NCBI GenBank assembly: GCA_965218435.1
Contig: CBDCKW010000009.1
Location: 3,584,001-3,648,000 of the forward strand
Source: Truepera sp.
GTDB taxonomy: Bacteria > Deinococcota > Deinococci > Deinococcales > Trueperaceae
DNA: 64,000 nucleotides
Direction: 5' to 3'
Shown here: piece after piece, positions 1 to 10,099 of the stretch
How positions within the stretch are numbered: the first letter of the stretch is position 1
Layout of the letters: each line of letters opens with the position of its first letter
Notes under the pieces: generated by a model
Databases searched by the model: none
Told to the model about the DNA's origin: nothing
What the model saw: only the letters and a program-made list of their open reading frames with translations
Translations under genes and position numbers: made by a program

Positions 1-90
1 ATCGTCGACGAGCGCGTCACACAGCTCTAACTGCTCCTCTTCTGAAAGTGCAGCAAGCGCTTCGATAAGGTCGCCTACTGAAATTGCCAT
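1..90 (-). CDS. hypothetical protein, N-terminal part only (runs off the window edge)
   Basis: ATG at 90 with GAGGAG RBS (101-106) upstream; open frame MAISVGDLIEALAALSEEEQLELCDALVDD... to the window edge. Confidence 0.55.
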   Translation of the reverse strand, partial: MAISVGDLIEALAALSEEEQLELCDALVDD

Positions 91-491
91 AACGTGTCGT
101 CTCCTCAACCTTCTTAGTTCAGCATACCTCGGCCCACCGGGTCGGCGTCAGCCGAATTAGCTACAGTGACGCGTCTTGTGCCTGACTGCGGGGTTCCGGT
201 ACCAAAGCGTAACGCGTGCCAAGCAGCTATAGACGGGCAAAACTGCTCAATAAACCTGTACGCGTTCTTCGTGGTCGTCAGCTGTGTAGAGACAGCTGAG
301 GGTAGGGTAGCCGAGCTTGGAACAGCATAAAAGCCTGCCTTTATGCCATAGCGGTAGGTAACTTACCGATCTGAAATGTGCGGCTGCAGCGATATTTTGT
401 GATCTTGCGCTCTATGATGGCCTATATGGTTGAAGTGAGCCGGACAGTTACTAATAGCTATAAAGCATCCACAGCTTAAGGAAGGTTTGAC

Positions 492-1379
492 ATGGCACGC
501 TATAGGTCTCTTGGGTGGTTTGCCGGCAAAGCGCAGGCAAGGTTACACGAATTATATTACCGGTCGCCGGTATCGAAGTGGGTGACGTCCAGGCAAGCAC
601 AGATTTACTGCGTCGGGACGGCCAAGTCCGGTACCCATTCGCTGGCCAGTTTGTTTAGTGACGAGCTACGCACCTTCCATGAAGCTGACTGGCAAGCGGT
701 GATTAAGCTTATCTTAGCGTCTGCCGAGACGGGTGGAGAGCGTCGTGCGTTACGGCACCGTCTGCTCGAGCGTGACCGCCAGTTCGCGCTCGATATCGAC
801 TCTTCTCAGCTTAACTATTTTTATCTGCCCGAACTGCTCGAGCTTTTTCCAAATAGCAAGTTCGTCCTGACGATCCGTGAGCCTCGTTCGTGGCTCGATT
901 CGCTGATCAACCACCAGCTCGCCCGGGGCACGCCGCCCCCCGAGTGGCGACGGTTGCGCGACTTCCGCTTTGCCCGAGACGGTGCGGAACATCCACCCGA
1001 AGAAGCCGCGCTTAAAGCTAGAGGGCTCTACACCCTCGACGGCTACTTGTCGTACTGGCGGAGGCACAATCAAGACGTCATCAGGCTGGTACCCCCGGAA
1101 AAATTATTAGTTGTCCGTACCGACCAGATCAGCCAACGTGCCGACGATATCGCCCGCTTCGCCGGGCTACCGCAACGAGGTAAACCGGCCGGTAAAACAG
1201 CCGGTAAAGCGGCCGCTGACAAATCACATACGTTTAAGGCGCTCAAAAAGTTTGGCGTGCTCAGGGAACTCGAGCCGGAATATCTTGACGAAAAGATTCG
1301 TCAGCACTGCAGTGAACTCGTCAGCGAATTTTTCCCGGACGCTCTGCCGAGCCGCGCTTTAGCCGAAGCAAAAGTGTAA
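492..1379 (+). CDS. sulfotransferase-family P-loop protein
   Basis: CVGTAKSGTHSL resembles the 5'-PSB loop; KFVLTIREPRSWLDS resembles the 3'-PB motif; AAGGAAGG upstream. Confidence 0.75.
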   Translation: MARYRSLGWFAGKAQARLHELYYRSPVSKWVTSRQAQIYCVGTAKSGTHSLASLFSDELRTFHEADWQAVIKLILASAETGGERRALRHRLLERDRQFALDIDSSQLNYFYLPELLELFPNSKFVLTIREPRSWLDSLINHQLARGTPPPEWRRLRDFRFARDGAEHPPEEAALKARGLYTLDGYLSYWRRHNQDVIRLVPPEKLLVVRTDQISQRADDIARFAGLPQRGKPAGKTAGKAAADKSHTFKALKKFGVLRELEPEYLDEKIRQHCSELVSEFFPDALPSRALAEAKV

Positions 1380-1449
1380 CCAAAACGTCAGGGAACAACG
1401 TCAGAAAATGACGCCTCGGCAGCTAGCGGTATAGCGGTATCGGGTCGGG

Positions 1450-2271
1450 CTAAGAGTTACGGCGAACCAGCACCCGAAATATAATAAATAAGCCGAGCGC
1501 CGCGACTGTTAGCACTCCAGCGAGGGCGAGCGCCGCGTCAAGGTCGCGCTCGAGCCCCGCATAGATCGCCAGCGGCAAAGTGCGTGTCCGGCCTTGCAAG
1601 CTTCCGGCAAAGACAATGGTCGCGCCGAACTCGCCTAAGGCTCGCGCCCAGGCCAACACCAGTCCTTCGGTAAACGCAGACCGTGCGAGCGGCCAGGTGA
1701 CGAACCAAAACGCCCCCCAGCGCCCTGCGCCGTCGGTTAAAGCGGCGGCCTCGAGCTCGCGTGACACCCCGGCAAAACCAACTTTAAGCGACCGAATATA
1801 AAACGGACTGGCGACAAACAGCTGCGCTAAAACGACCGCCGAGGTCGTAAACGCCAGATTAAGACCCAGCGCACTTAAGGGTGCGCCGATAAGCCCTCGC
1901 CGCCCAAAAACGAGTAAGAGACCCACCCCGGCGACGACCGGCGGCAATACCACCGGCAGGTCGATCAGGCCGTCGAGCAACCTTTTACCCCGGAAATGAT
2001 AGCGGGCGAGCAGGTAGGCAACGGGCGTCCCGAACAGCACTGTGAGACTCATGCTGATGCCGGTCGTAAGGAGGCTGAGGCGTAAGGCTTCGGCGGCGGC
2101 GGGCTCTAACAGGGTCCCTAGTGCCGTCGGCGCTGCGGCTCGGATGAGCAGCACCGCGACGGGTAGCCCCAAAAGCACCAACAGGACGGCGGCGGCGGCC
2201 AGCAGCAGGCGCGGAACTTGTCTCCCGGAAGCTGCCGGAAAATCCGAATGGTCTAAAGGGAGGGGTGTCAA
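1450..2271 (-). CDS. modB: molybdate ABC transporter permease
   Basis: DLPVVLPPVVAG, ARALGEFGAT and GRTRTLPLAIY motifs typical of ModB; EAA loop. No modA or modC adjacent. Confidence 0.85.
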   Translation of the reverse strand: MTPLPLDHSDFPAASGRQVPRLLLAAAAVLLVLLGLPVAVLLIRAAAPTALGTLLEPAAAEALRLSLLTTGISMSLTVLFGTPVAYLLARYHFRGKRLLDGLIDLPVVLPPVVAGVGLLLVFGRRGLIGAPLSALGLNLAFTTSAVVLAQLFVASPFYIRSLKVGFAGVSRELEAAALTDGAGRWGAFWFVTWPLARSAFTEGLVLAWARALGEFGATIVFAGSLQGRTRTLPLAIYAGLERDLDAALALAGVLTVAALGLFIIFRVLVRRNS

Positions 2272-2486
2272 CGGCGCTAAACCCTAACCGTAGCTGCCGG
2301 ATTTAGAGTGGGCCACCGGGTCATCCTCTAGTTATACCGGACCTGGGCGGCTATACGAGCTCTGAACGTCCGTGTGTCCGAGTCTCTCGAGACCCTTCGC
2401 TGCTGCTGATCGGGGGTAAGCGTACCCAGCACTGTTCTGCGCTCGAGCCGTAGGTGGGTATGTCATACTTGGGTTTCGGAGGTGCC

Positions 2487-3695
2487 ATGCCGGGAGTTGC
2501 GATTATCGGGGCACAGTGGGGAGACGAAGGCAAAGGTAAAGTGGTTGACGCGCTCGCGCATGACGCGGATATTGTCGTGCGCTACTCGGGCGGCGCGAAC
2601 GCCGGTCATACCGTTGTCGTCGGCGGTGAGATTTTCAAGCTCCACCATCTGCCCTGCGGCGTTCTGCACGATAAGCCGGTCTCGGTGTTGGGCGGCGGTA
2701 TGGTCGTTGACCCGTGGTCGTTTCGGGAAGAGTTTGAAGCGTTCGCCGAGCGCCGCGATCCCGGCCAAGTTGTCGTCTCCGAAGAAGCGCACCTGGTGTT
2801 GCCGCATCATAAAAAAAACGATGAAGGCGGCGGGTTTGTCGGCACGACGGGGCGCGGCATCGGCCCCTGCTACTCGGATAAAGCGCGGCGTATCGGTTTG
2901 CGCTTTGGTGACCTGCACGACGAAACGGTTTTGCGCGAACGCCTGGGGCGACTGTTAGAGGCCAAACCCAACTCAACGGCGCGGGTCGGGTGGACCGGTG
3001 TAGACACGGCTTTTGACGCGCTCCGTGAGGTCCGCGAGTTTATCTTGCCGTTTGTAGGCGACGCCGGACATTTAGTGCGTGACGCGCTCCGTAAGGGCAA
3101 GCGAGTGATGTTTGAAGGCGGCCAGGGAACCATGCTCGACCTCGCCTACGGCACCTATCCGTTTGTCACGAGCAGCCACCCGACGACCGGCGGTATTTTA
3201 GTCGGGGCGGGTGTCAGCCACAAGGCCCTCAACAATGTTTACGGCGTCGTCAAAGCGTTTACCAGTCGCGTCGGGCACGGCCCTTTTATGACCGAACTAG
3301 ACGGTGAGATGGCCGACCGCTTGCGCGGCACCGGGTCAAACCAGTGGGACGAGTTCGGGACAACGACCGGGCGGGCGCGTCGCGTCGGTTGGCTCGACCT
3401 GGTACAGCTCAAGTACGCCTGTGATGTAAACGGATTTGACGGTTTGGTCGTCACCAAGCTCGATGTACTTTCAGGTTTGGACGCGGTTCAGGTTTGTACC
3501 GCCTATGAAGACGGTCAGCCCGTTTACGAAACGCTCCCCGGTTGGGGCGATTTGCAGGGGTTAGGCAGCCGTGACGCGCTTCCCCAAGAGGTTTTAGACT
3601 ATCTAAGCTGTATCGAACGGTTTACGGGCGTACCGGTGGCGATGTTTTCGACGAGTCCAAAGCGTGAAGACACTTACGGTGAGATCAGCTGGTAG
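2487..3695 (+). CDS. purA: adenylosuccinate synthetase
   Basis: GAQWGDEGKGK, GGANAGHT, GTYPFVTSS, EFGTTTGRARRVGW, TKLDVL; start moved to ATG 2487 after GGAGGT RBS. Confidence 0.97.
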   Translation: MPGVAIIGAQWGDEGKGKVVDALAHDADIVVRYSGGANAGHTVVVGGEIFKLHHLPCGVLHDKPVSVLGGGMVVDPWSFREEFEAFAERRDPGQVVVSEEAHLVLPHHKKNDEGGGFVGTTGRGIGPCYSDKARRIGLRFGDLHDETVLRERLGRLLEAKPNSTARVGWTGVDTAFDALREVREFILPFVGDAGHLVRDALRKGKRVMFEGGQGTMLDLAYGTYPFVTSSHPTTGGILVGAGVSHKALNNVYGVVKAFTSRVGHGPFMTELDGEMADRLRGTGSNQWDEFGTTTGRARRVGWLDLVQLKYACDVNGFDGLVVTKLDVLSGLDAVQVCTAYEDGQPVYETLPGWGDLQGLGSRDALPQEVLDYLSCIERFTGVPVAMFSTSPKREDTYGEISW

Positions 3696-3770
3696 TTCGT
3701 TTAGTCATGTCAGATAACCTTGGTACTTCGGGTCAGTTTAGCCTACTGACAGAGCGATGCTTAGTCCTTT

Positions 3771-4580
3771 GTGGCTACGGTGATGTCTGAGGATGTAACA
3801 ACCGCCTTTTCCGCTCTGAGTGGTCGGGGTGTACTCGAGGTGCAGCAGCTTCCTGGTGGCTCGGGCAGCCCTTCTTGGCGCGTCACGGCAGCGGACGGCG
3901 TATACGCTGCGCAGCTCTATAACGCTCCGCAGCCTGCCTACGGCCAAGCGCAGTTGCTACGCTACTTGGCCCAGCAGGGTTTTCCCGTTCCCGAAGTTGC
4001 CTTTGTCGGGACATACCAAGCGCACCACCTCTTGGCGCTCAGCTGGGTTCAGGGTCTGACGGTTGCCGAGGCGTTACGCGCCCAACCCGGGAGGGCGCAG
4101 CAACTCGGACAGATATTCGGTGAGGCTCACGCGCGACTTCACGCTGTTCCGGTCACGCCTGAGCTGCACGCAGTTCTGCGGCTGCTCGGCAGCCCGGAGC
4201 AACCCACGAGTACGCCGGTTTTGCTGCATCTCGACTACCATCCGCTCAATGTGCTCACGGATGGAACCGTGATAACCGGCGTGATTGACTGGGAAAATGT
4301 TCGGTTGGGTGACGCCCGTTACGACGCCGCGCGAAGTTTAAGCATTTTGTGTGCCGACCCGAACATAAGAGCTTTACCCACACTGTTTCGGCAGGGTGTG
4401 CGAACATTCCGGCGTAGTTATGTCAGAGGTTACCAAGATGTCATGGGAGAAGCGTCGCTGACGGCGCTAGCACCTTTCCTCTTGTGGTCGGGGCAGTTTA
4501 TGTTGAACGACCTTGGGGGACGCGCTACTCCGAAAGAGGCGAAGGACATCGAACGCTGGTCGGCGTGGTGGCTGCCCTGA
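3771..4580 (+). CDS. aminoglycoside phosphotransferase (APH/choline kinase-like) family protein
   Basis: Brenner motif HLDYHPLN and VIDWE; start may be ATG 3783. Confidence 0.85.
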   Translation: MATVMSEDVTTAFSALSGRGVLEVQQLPGGSGSPSWRVTAADGVYAAQLYNAPQPAYGQAQLLRYLAQQGFPVPEVAFVGTYQAHHLLALSWVQGLTVAEALRAQPGRAQQLGQIFGEAHARLHAVPVTPELHAVLRLLGSPEQPTSTPVLLHLDYHPLNVLTDGTVITGVIDWENVRLGDARYDAARSLSILCADPNIRALPTLFRQGVRTFRRSYVRGYQDVMGEASLTALAPFLLWSGQFMLNDLGGRATPKEAKDIERWSAWWLP

Positions 4581-4698
4581 GGCTAGTAGCCCGCCGCAAA
4601 TACACATTCAGACGATGTTGCTGCTGACGATAAACTCAAAGAAGTTATCACTAAGCCCGAAGCGGGAAGACACCTATGGCACGATCAGCTGATAGCAG

Positions 4699-6012
4699 TT
4701 AGGGTTTTAACGGCCCCGGCAAAGGGTACGCGAGCAGCCTCTTGCCAGCCTGGATGACGAGCGTATTGCCGACCACGTGAGTAGGGCTGAAGGCGTAGCT
4801 GCGGAGTGCAAGCTTTAGCACTACCTCACCCGTTTTCGTATTGACCGCGTAAAACGTTCCGTTTTTAAGGCCGATGTAAAGGCCATTTCCTATTATGTTC
4901 GCACGAGCCAGGGTTCCACGGCCCAACTCGAGCCCCTGCTTTAGCAGATTTACCGGCTGACATGGTTTCTGACGTTGTTTAACAAGCCACAAGGTATTTT
5001 GCCACTCGAGCAAGAACGTCCCGTTATGCGGCCCCGCCAACCACTGCACGTCTCCCTTGGGAACCCTGATAAAGTTCGGTTTCGCCTTACCACCCGGTGC
5101 AGCGAGCGGAAAACAAGCGACGTTGCCGCCACCGGAGATATAAACCGCGTCGGTTACGGCAACCTTACTGTTCCAGTCATTGCCTTTAACCCGATTTTTG
5201 ATGCTGTAGGTACGTTCCTCTAGGCGTTTTCCAGTACGCAAATTGTAGACGTTGAGCCCAAGAATGTCTGGATAATCAAGCCAAGTTACAAAATTATCTT
5301 GAACGAAAAAAACCTTGTTGCCTATAGTTGCCAAAGGGCCATAGGAAGATGCTACGGAAAGAAATTTTCCTGTTTTCGCGTCATAAATGTAGGTATCGGT
5401 AGTGGTAATTGCACCTGAACTTACCGACTGCACAAAGATACGGTCTCTAATAAAAGTCAACGACTTCTTGTTATAAGGTGACCCATTTGGCTGCAGAAAA
5501 GGTTCTTCGGTACGCCATAGCAGTCTGCCAGTGTTTAGGTTAAATGCTTGAATGTCGCCGCCTGGCTCGGCGAGATAAAACGTTTTTCCGGCAATTGTTA
5601 AACCAGTGTAAAGGCCCTCAAAACCAGCATAAATACCCTCTTTATGCCAGTGTACCCGGCCGGTTTGGGCCTCGAGCGCGACCACTTTCCCACCTTGTGT
5701 AATCGCCAGCAGCCAGCCTGAACTGTACCGAAGCTGCGCCCACTTGCCTATTTGATACGTCCAAAGTTGCTGCCCCGTAACGGCGTCTACCGCTTTAACC
5801 TGACCGCCCTGAAGATAAAAAACTCGTTTTTGATCGCTGACAACGCGGGGACCGAGGAAATCTTTTGGGGGTTCGTTTCGGCGAATCTCGAGCTGCCACA
5901 AAGGACGAACGTGTGAAACCTTTTGAGAGCTAGTTTGGGCTGACGCGTGGGAGACGCCAGCACACAGAGCCAGACACACGTAAACGAGAACGAAACGCCT
6001 AGATGGGCGCAT
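4699..6012 (-). CDS. secreted PQQ-like (BamB-type) beta-propeller repeat protein
   Basis: signal peptide ending ASA-Q; repeated AVDAVTGQQLW, ALEAQTGRVHW, AFNLNTGRLLW, AVNTKTGEVVL blades. Confidence 0.8.
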   Translation of the reverse strand: MRPSRRFVLVYVCLALCAGVSHASAQTSSQKVSHVRPLWQLEIRRNEPPKDFLGPRVVSDQKRVFYLQGGQVKAVDAVTGQQLWTYQIGKWAQLRYSSGWLLAITQGGKVVALEAQTGRVHWHKEGIYAGFEGLYTGLTIAGKTFYLAEPGGDIQAFNLNTGRLLWRTEEPFLQPNGSPYNKKSLTFIRDRIFVQSVSSGAITTTDTYIYDAKTGKFLSVASSYGPLATIGNKVFFVQDNFVTWLDYPDILGLNVYNLRTGKRLEERTYSIKNRVKGNDWNSKVAVTDAVYISGGGNVACFPLAAPGGKAKPNFIRVPKGDVQWLAGPHNGTFLLEWQNTLWLVKQRQKPCQPVNLLKQGLELGRGTLARANIIGNGLYIGLKNGTFYAVNTKTGEVVLKLALRSYAFSPTHVVGNTLVIQAGKRLLAYPLPGPLKP

Positions 6013-7280
6013 CAGTCAGCTTTAAAACCGGCGTAGGCGCGGTCTAACAGTTGAACGGTGTGGAGAACCGGCAGAGGCCGCCCCAGATTTCTAAGCTGTA
6101 ACGCGATTTGCGTCGTACAACCGATGTTGCCGCTGACGATAAGCTCCGCGCCGGTGTCCAGCAGGGTTTGCGCTTTACGCAAACCCAGCTCGCGGGCCAT
6201 CTCCGGGTGTTCCAAGTTGTACGTTCCTGCCGAACCACAGCAGAGGTCGGCGTCAACGGGCTCGAGCACCTCAACCCCCGGAACCTGTCTGAGGAGCGCC
6301 CTCGGTTCACTCGTGACTTTTTGGGCGTGCGCCAGGTGACACGCGTCGTGGTAGGCGATTTTTAGCGGTCCCGGTAGAGCTGGCGGTGCTGGAATTCCCA
6401 GTTCAGACAAAAATACACTGATATCTTTCGTCTTGCTCGAGAAAACCCTAGCCTTTTCCTCCTCCGGCTCACCTTTAAGCCACAGCGAATATTCGTGCAA
6501 ACCCGACCCACACCCGGCAGCATTGGTAATAATAGCGTCTACCTCATCCGGAAATGCTCTGAGATTATTTTTAGCAAATGCCTGCGCTTGTATTTTCACA
6601 CCTGTATGTGCTGCCAATGCCCCACAGCACGACTGCGCTTTGGGAATCACGACCTCGACGCCGTTACGCGCCAAAACCCGGAGTGTTGCCCAGTTGAGGT
6701 CGGGGTCTAGTACCTGTTGGGCGCAACCTGCGAGGAGGGCAACCCTGGCCCGCCTCTTTCCAACTGCCGGAAAAAACTCGGGCAGTGGCTGCGCTTTCGG
6801 GACGCGCTCCGGCAGCATTCCTAACATACTGCCCAGCTTCTTGGGTAACAGCGGACGAAGCGGTTTGACGACGCCTCCGGTTTGTGCGGCGGCGCGGAGG
6901 CGTGCCGGATAGGGCAACGTTTCGGTGACGAGACGGCGAAGGGCTTTTTCGGCGAGCGGGCGTTCGCGCTGCGTTTCGGTTTCCATCCGGAACGGGGTGA
7001 TAAGTTCACCGTATTCGACCCCTGAAGGGCAAGCTGTCACGCACGCTAAGCAGCCCAGACAGGCGTCTATGTAGGGCGTCGCCTCAGCGAGCGAAAGGTC
7101 GCCCTCCAAAACCTCTTTCATCAGGATGATGCGTCCGCGTGGGGAGTGCATCTCTTCACCGCTGACGACGTAGGTCGGGCAGGTCGGCAGACAAAAGCCG
7201 CAGTGGACGCAACTCTCGATTGCTTCGGCCATCGGCTCAGTGAGGGGCGGGCGCTCTTCTACCGGGATGTTATGCTGCAC
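6012..7280 (-). CDS. glcF: glycolate oxidase iron-sulfur subunit
   Basis: [13 protein letters not shown] and [14 protein letters not shown] ferredoxin motifs, two CCG domains, follows glcDE. Confidence 0.93.
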   Translation of the reverse strand: MQHNIPVEERPPLTEPMAEAIESCVHCGFCLPTCPTYVVSGEEMHSPRGRIILMKEVLEGDLSLAEATPYIDACLGCLACVTACPSGVEYGELITPFRMETETQRERPLAEKALRRLVTETLPYPARLRAAAQTGGVVKPLRPLLPKKLGSMLGMLPERVPKAQPLPEFFPAVGKRRARVALLAGCAQQVLDPDLNWATLRVLARNGVEVVIPKAQSCCGALAAHTGVKIQAQAFAKNNLRAFPDEVDAIITNAAGCGSGLHEYSLWLKGEPEEEKARVFSSKTKDISVFLSELGIPAPPALPGPLKIAYHDACHLAHAQKVTSEPRALLRQVPGVEVLEPVDADLCCGSAGTYNLEHPEMARELGLRKAQTLLDTGAELIVSGNIGCTTQIALQLRNLGRPLPVLHTVQLLDRAYAGFKAD

Positions 7281-8358
7281 TCGAGACCTCCGCGTCTGTA
7301 GTATGGGCGGCAGTCACCGTAAAAATGCTGCGCGGGTCGAAAACTTTTTCAATGCGTTCTAAAAATGCGTTGCCGGTCTGCTTACCCAAGTGTGGCTGTG
7401 TCCAACTGCCTGTCAGCGCCAGCCCGGATAAGTTCTGACGTTGAAGAAGGATCTCGAGCCCCGGTTTTTCAGCCTCAGGCCACGCCAGATAACAGACGTT
7501 TCCACCGACCCCGTAGCGGTGCGGCGCGTTAAAAGGGGAGAGTGCGGCCTCTAACGTTGCAACCTGACGCGGGCTGTGAACGACCTTGACGAGTGCGTGA
7601 CCCGCCGGAACCCAGGAGAATGCGTTCGCCTCTCGCCAAAGCTCAACTTCAGCGTCGCCGGTTAAAACCTCGCCTTCTTGCCCTAAAAACGCCTGCACAC
7701 GGTTCAGACGTTTCGGTAACGCTTCGCTGCGTCCACCGAAACGGGCCAGCAACCGGTTTGGGGGGTGAAGCTCGAGCGCCACTGCTTCAAATCCGGACGG
7801 CGCGAGTTGCTGTATCAGTTCATCAGCTTGAGCGAAATCAGTTGCCTCGAGCTGCAAAGTCGCATAACTTTCCGGGTGCGGAAAAACCTTAAAGGTCAGC
7901 TCCACAAGTACCCCAAAACGTCCCAAGCTTCCGACCATCAGTTTGGGAAGATCGAAACCGGCTGCGTTTTTGACGACCTTACCGCCGCCCGAGAGCAGTT
8001 CGCCGGAACCGTCCACGAAAGTTATCCCCAGTAAAAAATCACGGACGCCGCCGTAACGAAAGCGTCCCGGCCCGGATAAGCCAGCGGCGACCGTCCCGCC
8101 TAGCGTCGCCCCGGCGTCGGCAAAAGGCGGGTCGAAAGGGAGGTATTGACCTTCGGCGGCGAGCAGGTCGTTGACCTCTGCGAGCGTTGTCCCGGAAAGC
8201 GCGGTAAAGGTGTATTCGTTCGGGTTGTACTCACTGACGCCGGATAGGTCTGTCAGCGTAAACTCCGCCCCCTGTGACAACGCCGTTTTGCTCCCGCCAC
8301 CCCGCACGCGGAGACGCTTTGCGCTTTTTACGGCTTCTTGAATTTGAGCAGCGTTCAT
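7270..8358 (-). CDS. glcE: glycolate oxidase FAD-binding subunit
   Basis: [36 protein letters not shown]; lies between glcD and glcF. Confidence 0.9.
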   Translation of the reverse strand: MNAAQIQEAVKSAKRLRVRGGGSKTALSQGAEFTLTDLSGVSEYNPNEYTFTALSGTTLAEVNDLLAAEGQYLPFDPPFADAGATLGGTVAAGLSGPGRFRYGGVRDFLLGITFVDGSGELLSGGGKVVKNAAGFDLPKLMVGSLGRFGVLVELTFKVFPHPESYATLQLEATDFAQADELIQQLAPSGFEAVALELHPPNRLLARFGGRSEALPKRLNRVQAFLGQEGEVLTGDAEVELWREANAFSWVPAGHALVKVVHSPRQVATLEAALSPFNAPHRYGVGGNVCYLAWPEAEKPGLEILLQRQNLSGLALTGSWTQPHLGKQTGNAFLERIEKVFDPRSIFTVTAAHTTDAEVSSAA

Positions 8359-9842
8359 ACGCGGCTGATGACGCCCTGCTGCTCAAGCGGGTGCGGTTTC
8401 GCACTGATCAGCGCGGGCGCTTCGCCGACCCTTTGGTCTACTGCGAGCATTTTGCCGCTGTTGGCGAGTTCTTTGGGGTCTACCGCCTCACGCAGCCGCA
8501 CCATCACCGCCATGTCTTGCTCACCGTACTGCTCAGATAAATAGGCTTTTTTCTCAACCCCGACGCCGTGTTCGCCGGTAATCGAACCGCCCATGCGGAT
8601 GCAGAGACGTAAGATTTCTCCGGCCAATTCTTCAGCGCGTTCCATCTCACCTTGGGTGGAATCGAACAAAATCAGCGGGTGCAGGTTGCCGTCTCCGGCG
8701 TGAAAGACGTTGGCGACTCGGAGCCCGTAGCGTTCGCTTAAAACTTTAATCGCGGCGAGCGCCTCCCCGAGGCGGCTGCGCGGCACCACACCGTCTTGAA
8801 CAAGGTATTCGGGGCTGAGCCGTCCGACGGCGGAGAACGCGCCTTTACGACCCTTCCAAATCTTTTGCCGTTCGGCTTCGCTTTGCGCAATTTGTACCTT
8901 ATATGCCCCCGACGCTTCAATAAGCTCCAACAAAAGTGGGGTTTCGGCGGCAACTTCCTCGAGCGGCCCCTCGAGCTCCACAATCAGCAGCCCCTGTGCG
9001 TCGGTTGGGTAGCCCGCGTGAACGGCAGCTTCAGCGGCGTCCATCGCCAGACGGTCCATAATCTCCATCGCTCCCGGTAAAAGGCCCGACGCGACGATTC
9101 TGGTGACGGCGTTGCCGGCGTCCTCGAGGCTCCGGTAGGCCGCCATCACCGTCTTGTACTGCTCGACTTTCGGCAACAGCCGCAAGGTAATCTCTAACGC
9201 AATTCCGAACAGACCTTCCGAGCCGACGAACAACCCGACCAGATCGGGGCCGAGGGGCTCGAGGCTCTCTCCACCTAACTCGACCACTTCGCCGTCAGGC
9301 AAAGCGACCTTGAGCCCCAACACATGGTTCGCCGTCATCCCGTATTTGAGGCAGTGTGCGCCGCCTGAATTAAACGCGACGTTGCCGCCAAGCGTGCAGA
9401 CCGGCCCCGAAGACGGGTCGGGCGCATACAAAAGGCCGTAAGGTGCGGCGACCCGGCTCACCTGGGCGTTTAGCACCCCCGGTTCGACGACGCAGGTGCG
9501 AGACTCGGGCTCGAGCTTTAGCACACGGTTGAGTTTATTGAGCGCAATGACGATACCGCCTTCGATAGGGAGTGACCCCCCCGACAAACTCGTCCCGCTG
9601 CCGCGTGCCACGAACGGAACGCCGTATTCATAGCAGAGTTTTAACGTGTCCGTCACATCCCGCTGCGTCTGGGCAATGACGACGCCCAAAGGCTGCGCCT
9701 TAAACGCAACCAACCCGTCGGATTCAAAGGTTTTAAGCGCCGCTTTATCCGTGTGTAAGCGACCGGGCGGGAGTGCTTGAGCGAGCTTGTAAAGAAAGTC
9801 AGGCGGCATAACCACCTCCCTATTTGGAACAGTTAGGGTCAT
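8355..9842 (-). CDS. glcD: glycolate oxidase FAD-linked subunit
   Basis: [40 protein letters not shown]. Confidence 0.93.
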   Translation of the reverse strand: MTLTVPNREVVMPPDFLYKLAQALPPGRLHTDKAALKTFESDGLVAFKAQPLGVVIAQTQRDVTDTLKLCYEYGVPFVARGSGTSLSGGSLPIEGGIVIALNKLNRVLKLEPESRTCVVEPGVLNAQVSRVAAPYGLLYAPDPSSGPVCTLGGNVAFNSGGAHCLKYGMTANHVLGLKVALPDGEVVELGGESLEPLGPDLVGLFVGSEGLFGIALEITLRLLPKVEQYKTVMAAYRSLEDAGNAVTRIVASGLLPGAMEIMDRLAMDAAEAAVHAGYPTDAQGLLIVELEGPLEEVAAETPLLLELIEASGAYKVQIAQSEAERQKIWKGRKGAFSAVGRLSPEYLVQDGVVPRSRLGEALAAIKVLSERYGLRVANVFHAGDGNLHPLILFDSTQGEMERAEELAGEILRLCIRMGGSITGEHGVGVEKKAYLSEQYGEQDMAVMVRLREAVDPKELANSGKMLAVDQRVGEAPALISAKPHPLEQQGVISRV

Positions 9843-10099
9843 TATAAAGCTTTAGAGAGCTGTTTATTCAGGCTATTAGCCTCGACCTTGTGACGTGATA
9901 AGAACTGAGCAGGCAGAATGCTAACTGGGGGATGCTCGAGGTCACAAAAAGGGAGCTTAACACGCTTGAAACTCCAAAACCGGATATCAACTCGGTACAA
10001 GCTGGTCAGCTTGTCTTTCTCATTACAGGTATCAGGCTATACTGACGGCGTTGACGCGCATAAGCTTTTGACGCTTACATACCCGTTACGGAGCCTCTT

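Noticed and set aside
2272..2486. Possible Moco or purine riboswitch between modB and purA
   Set aside because: No consensus elements recognised on either strand
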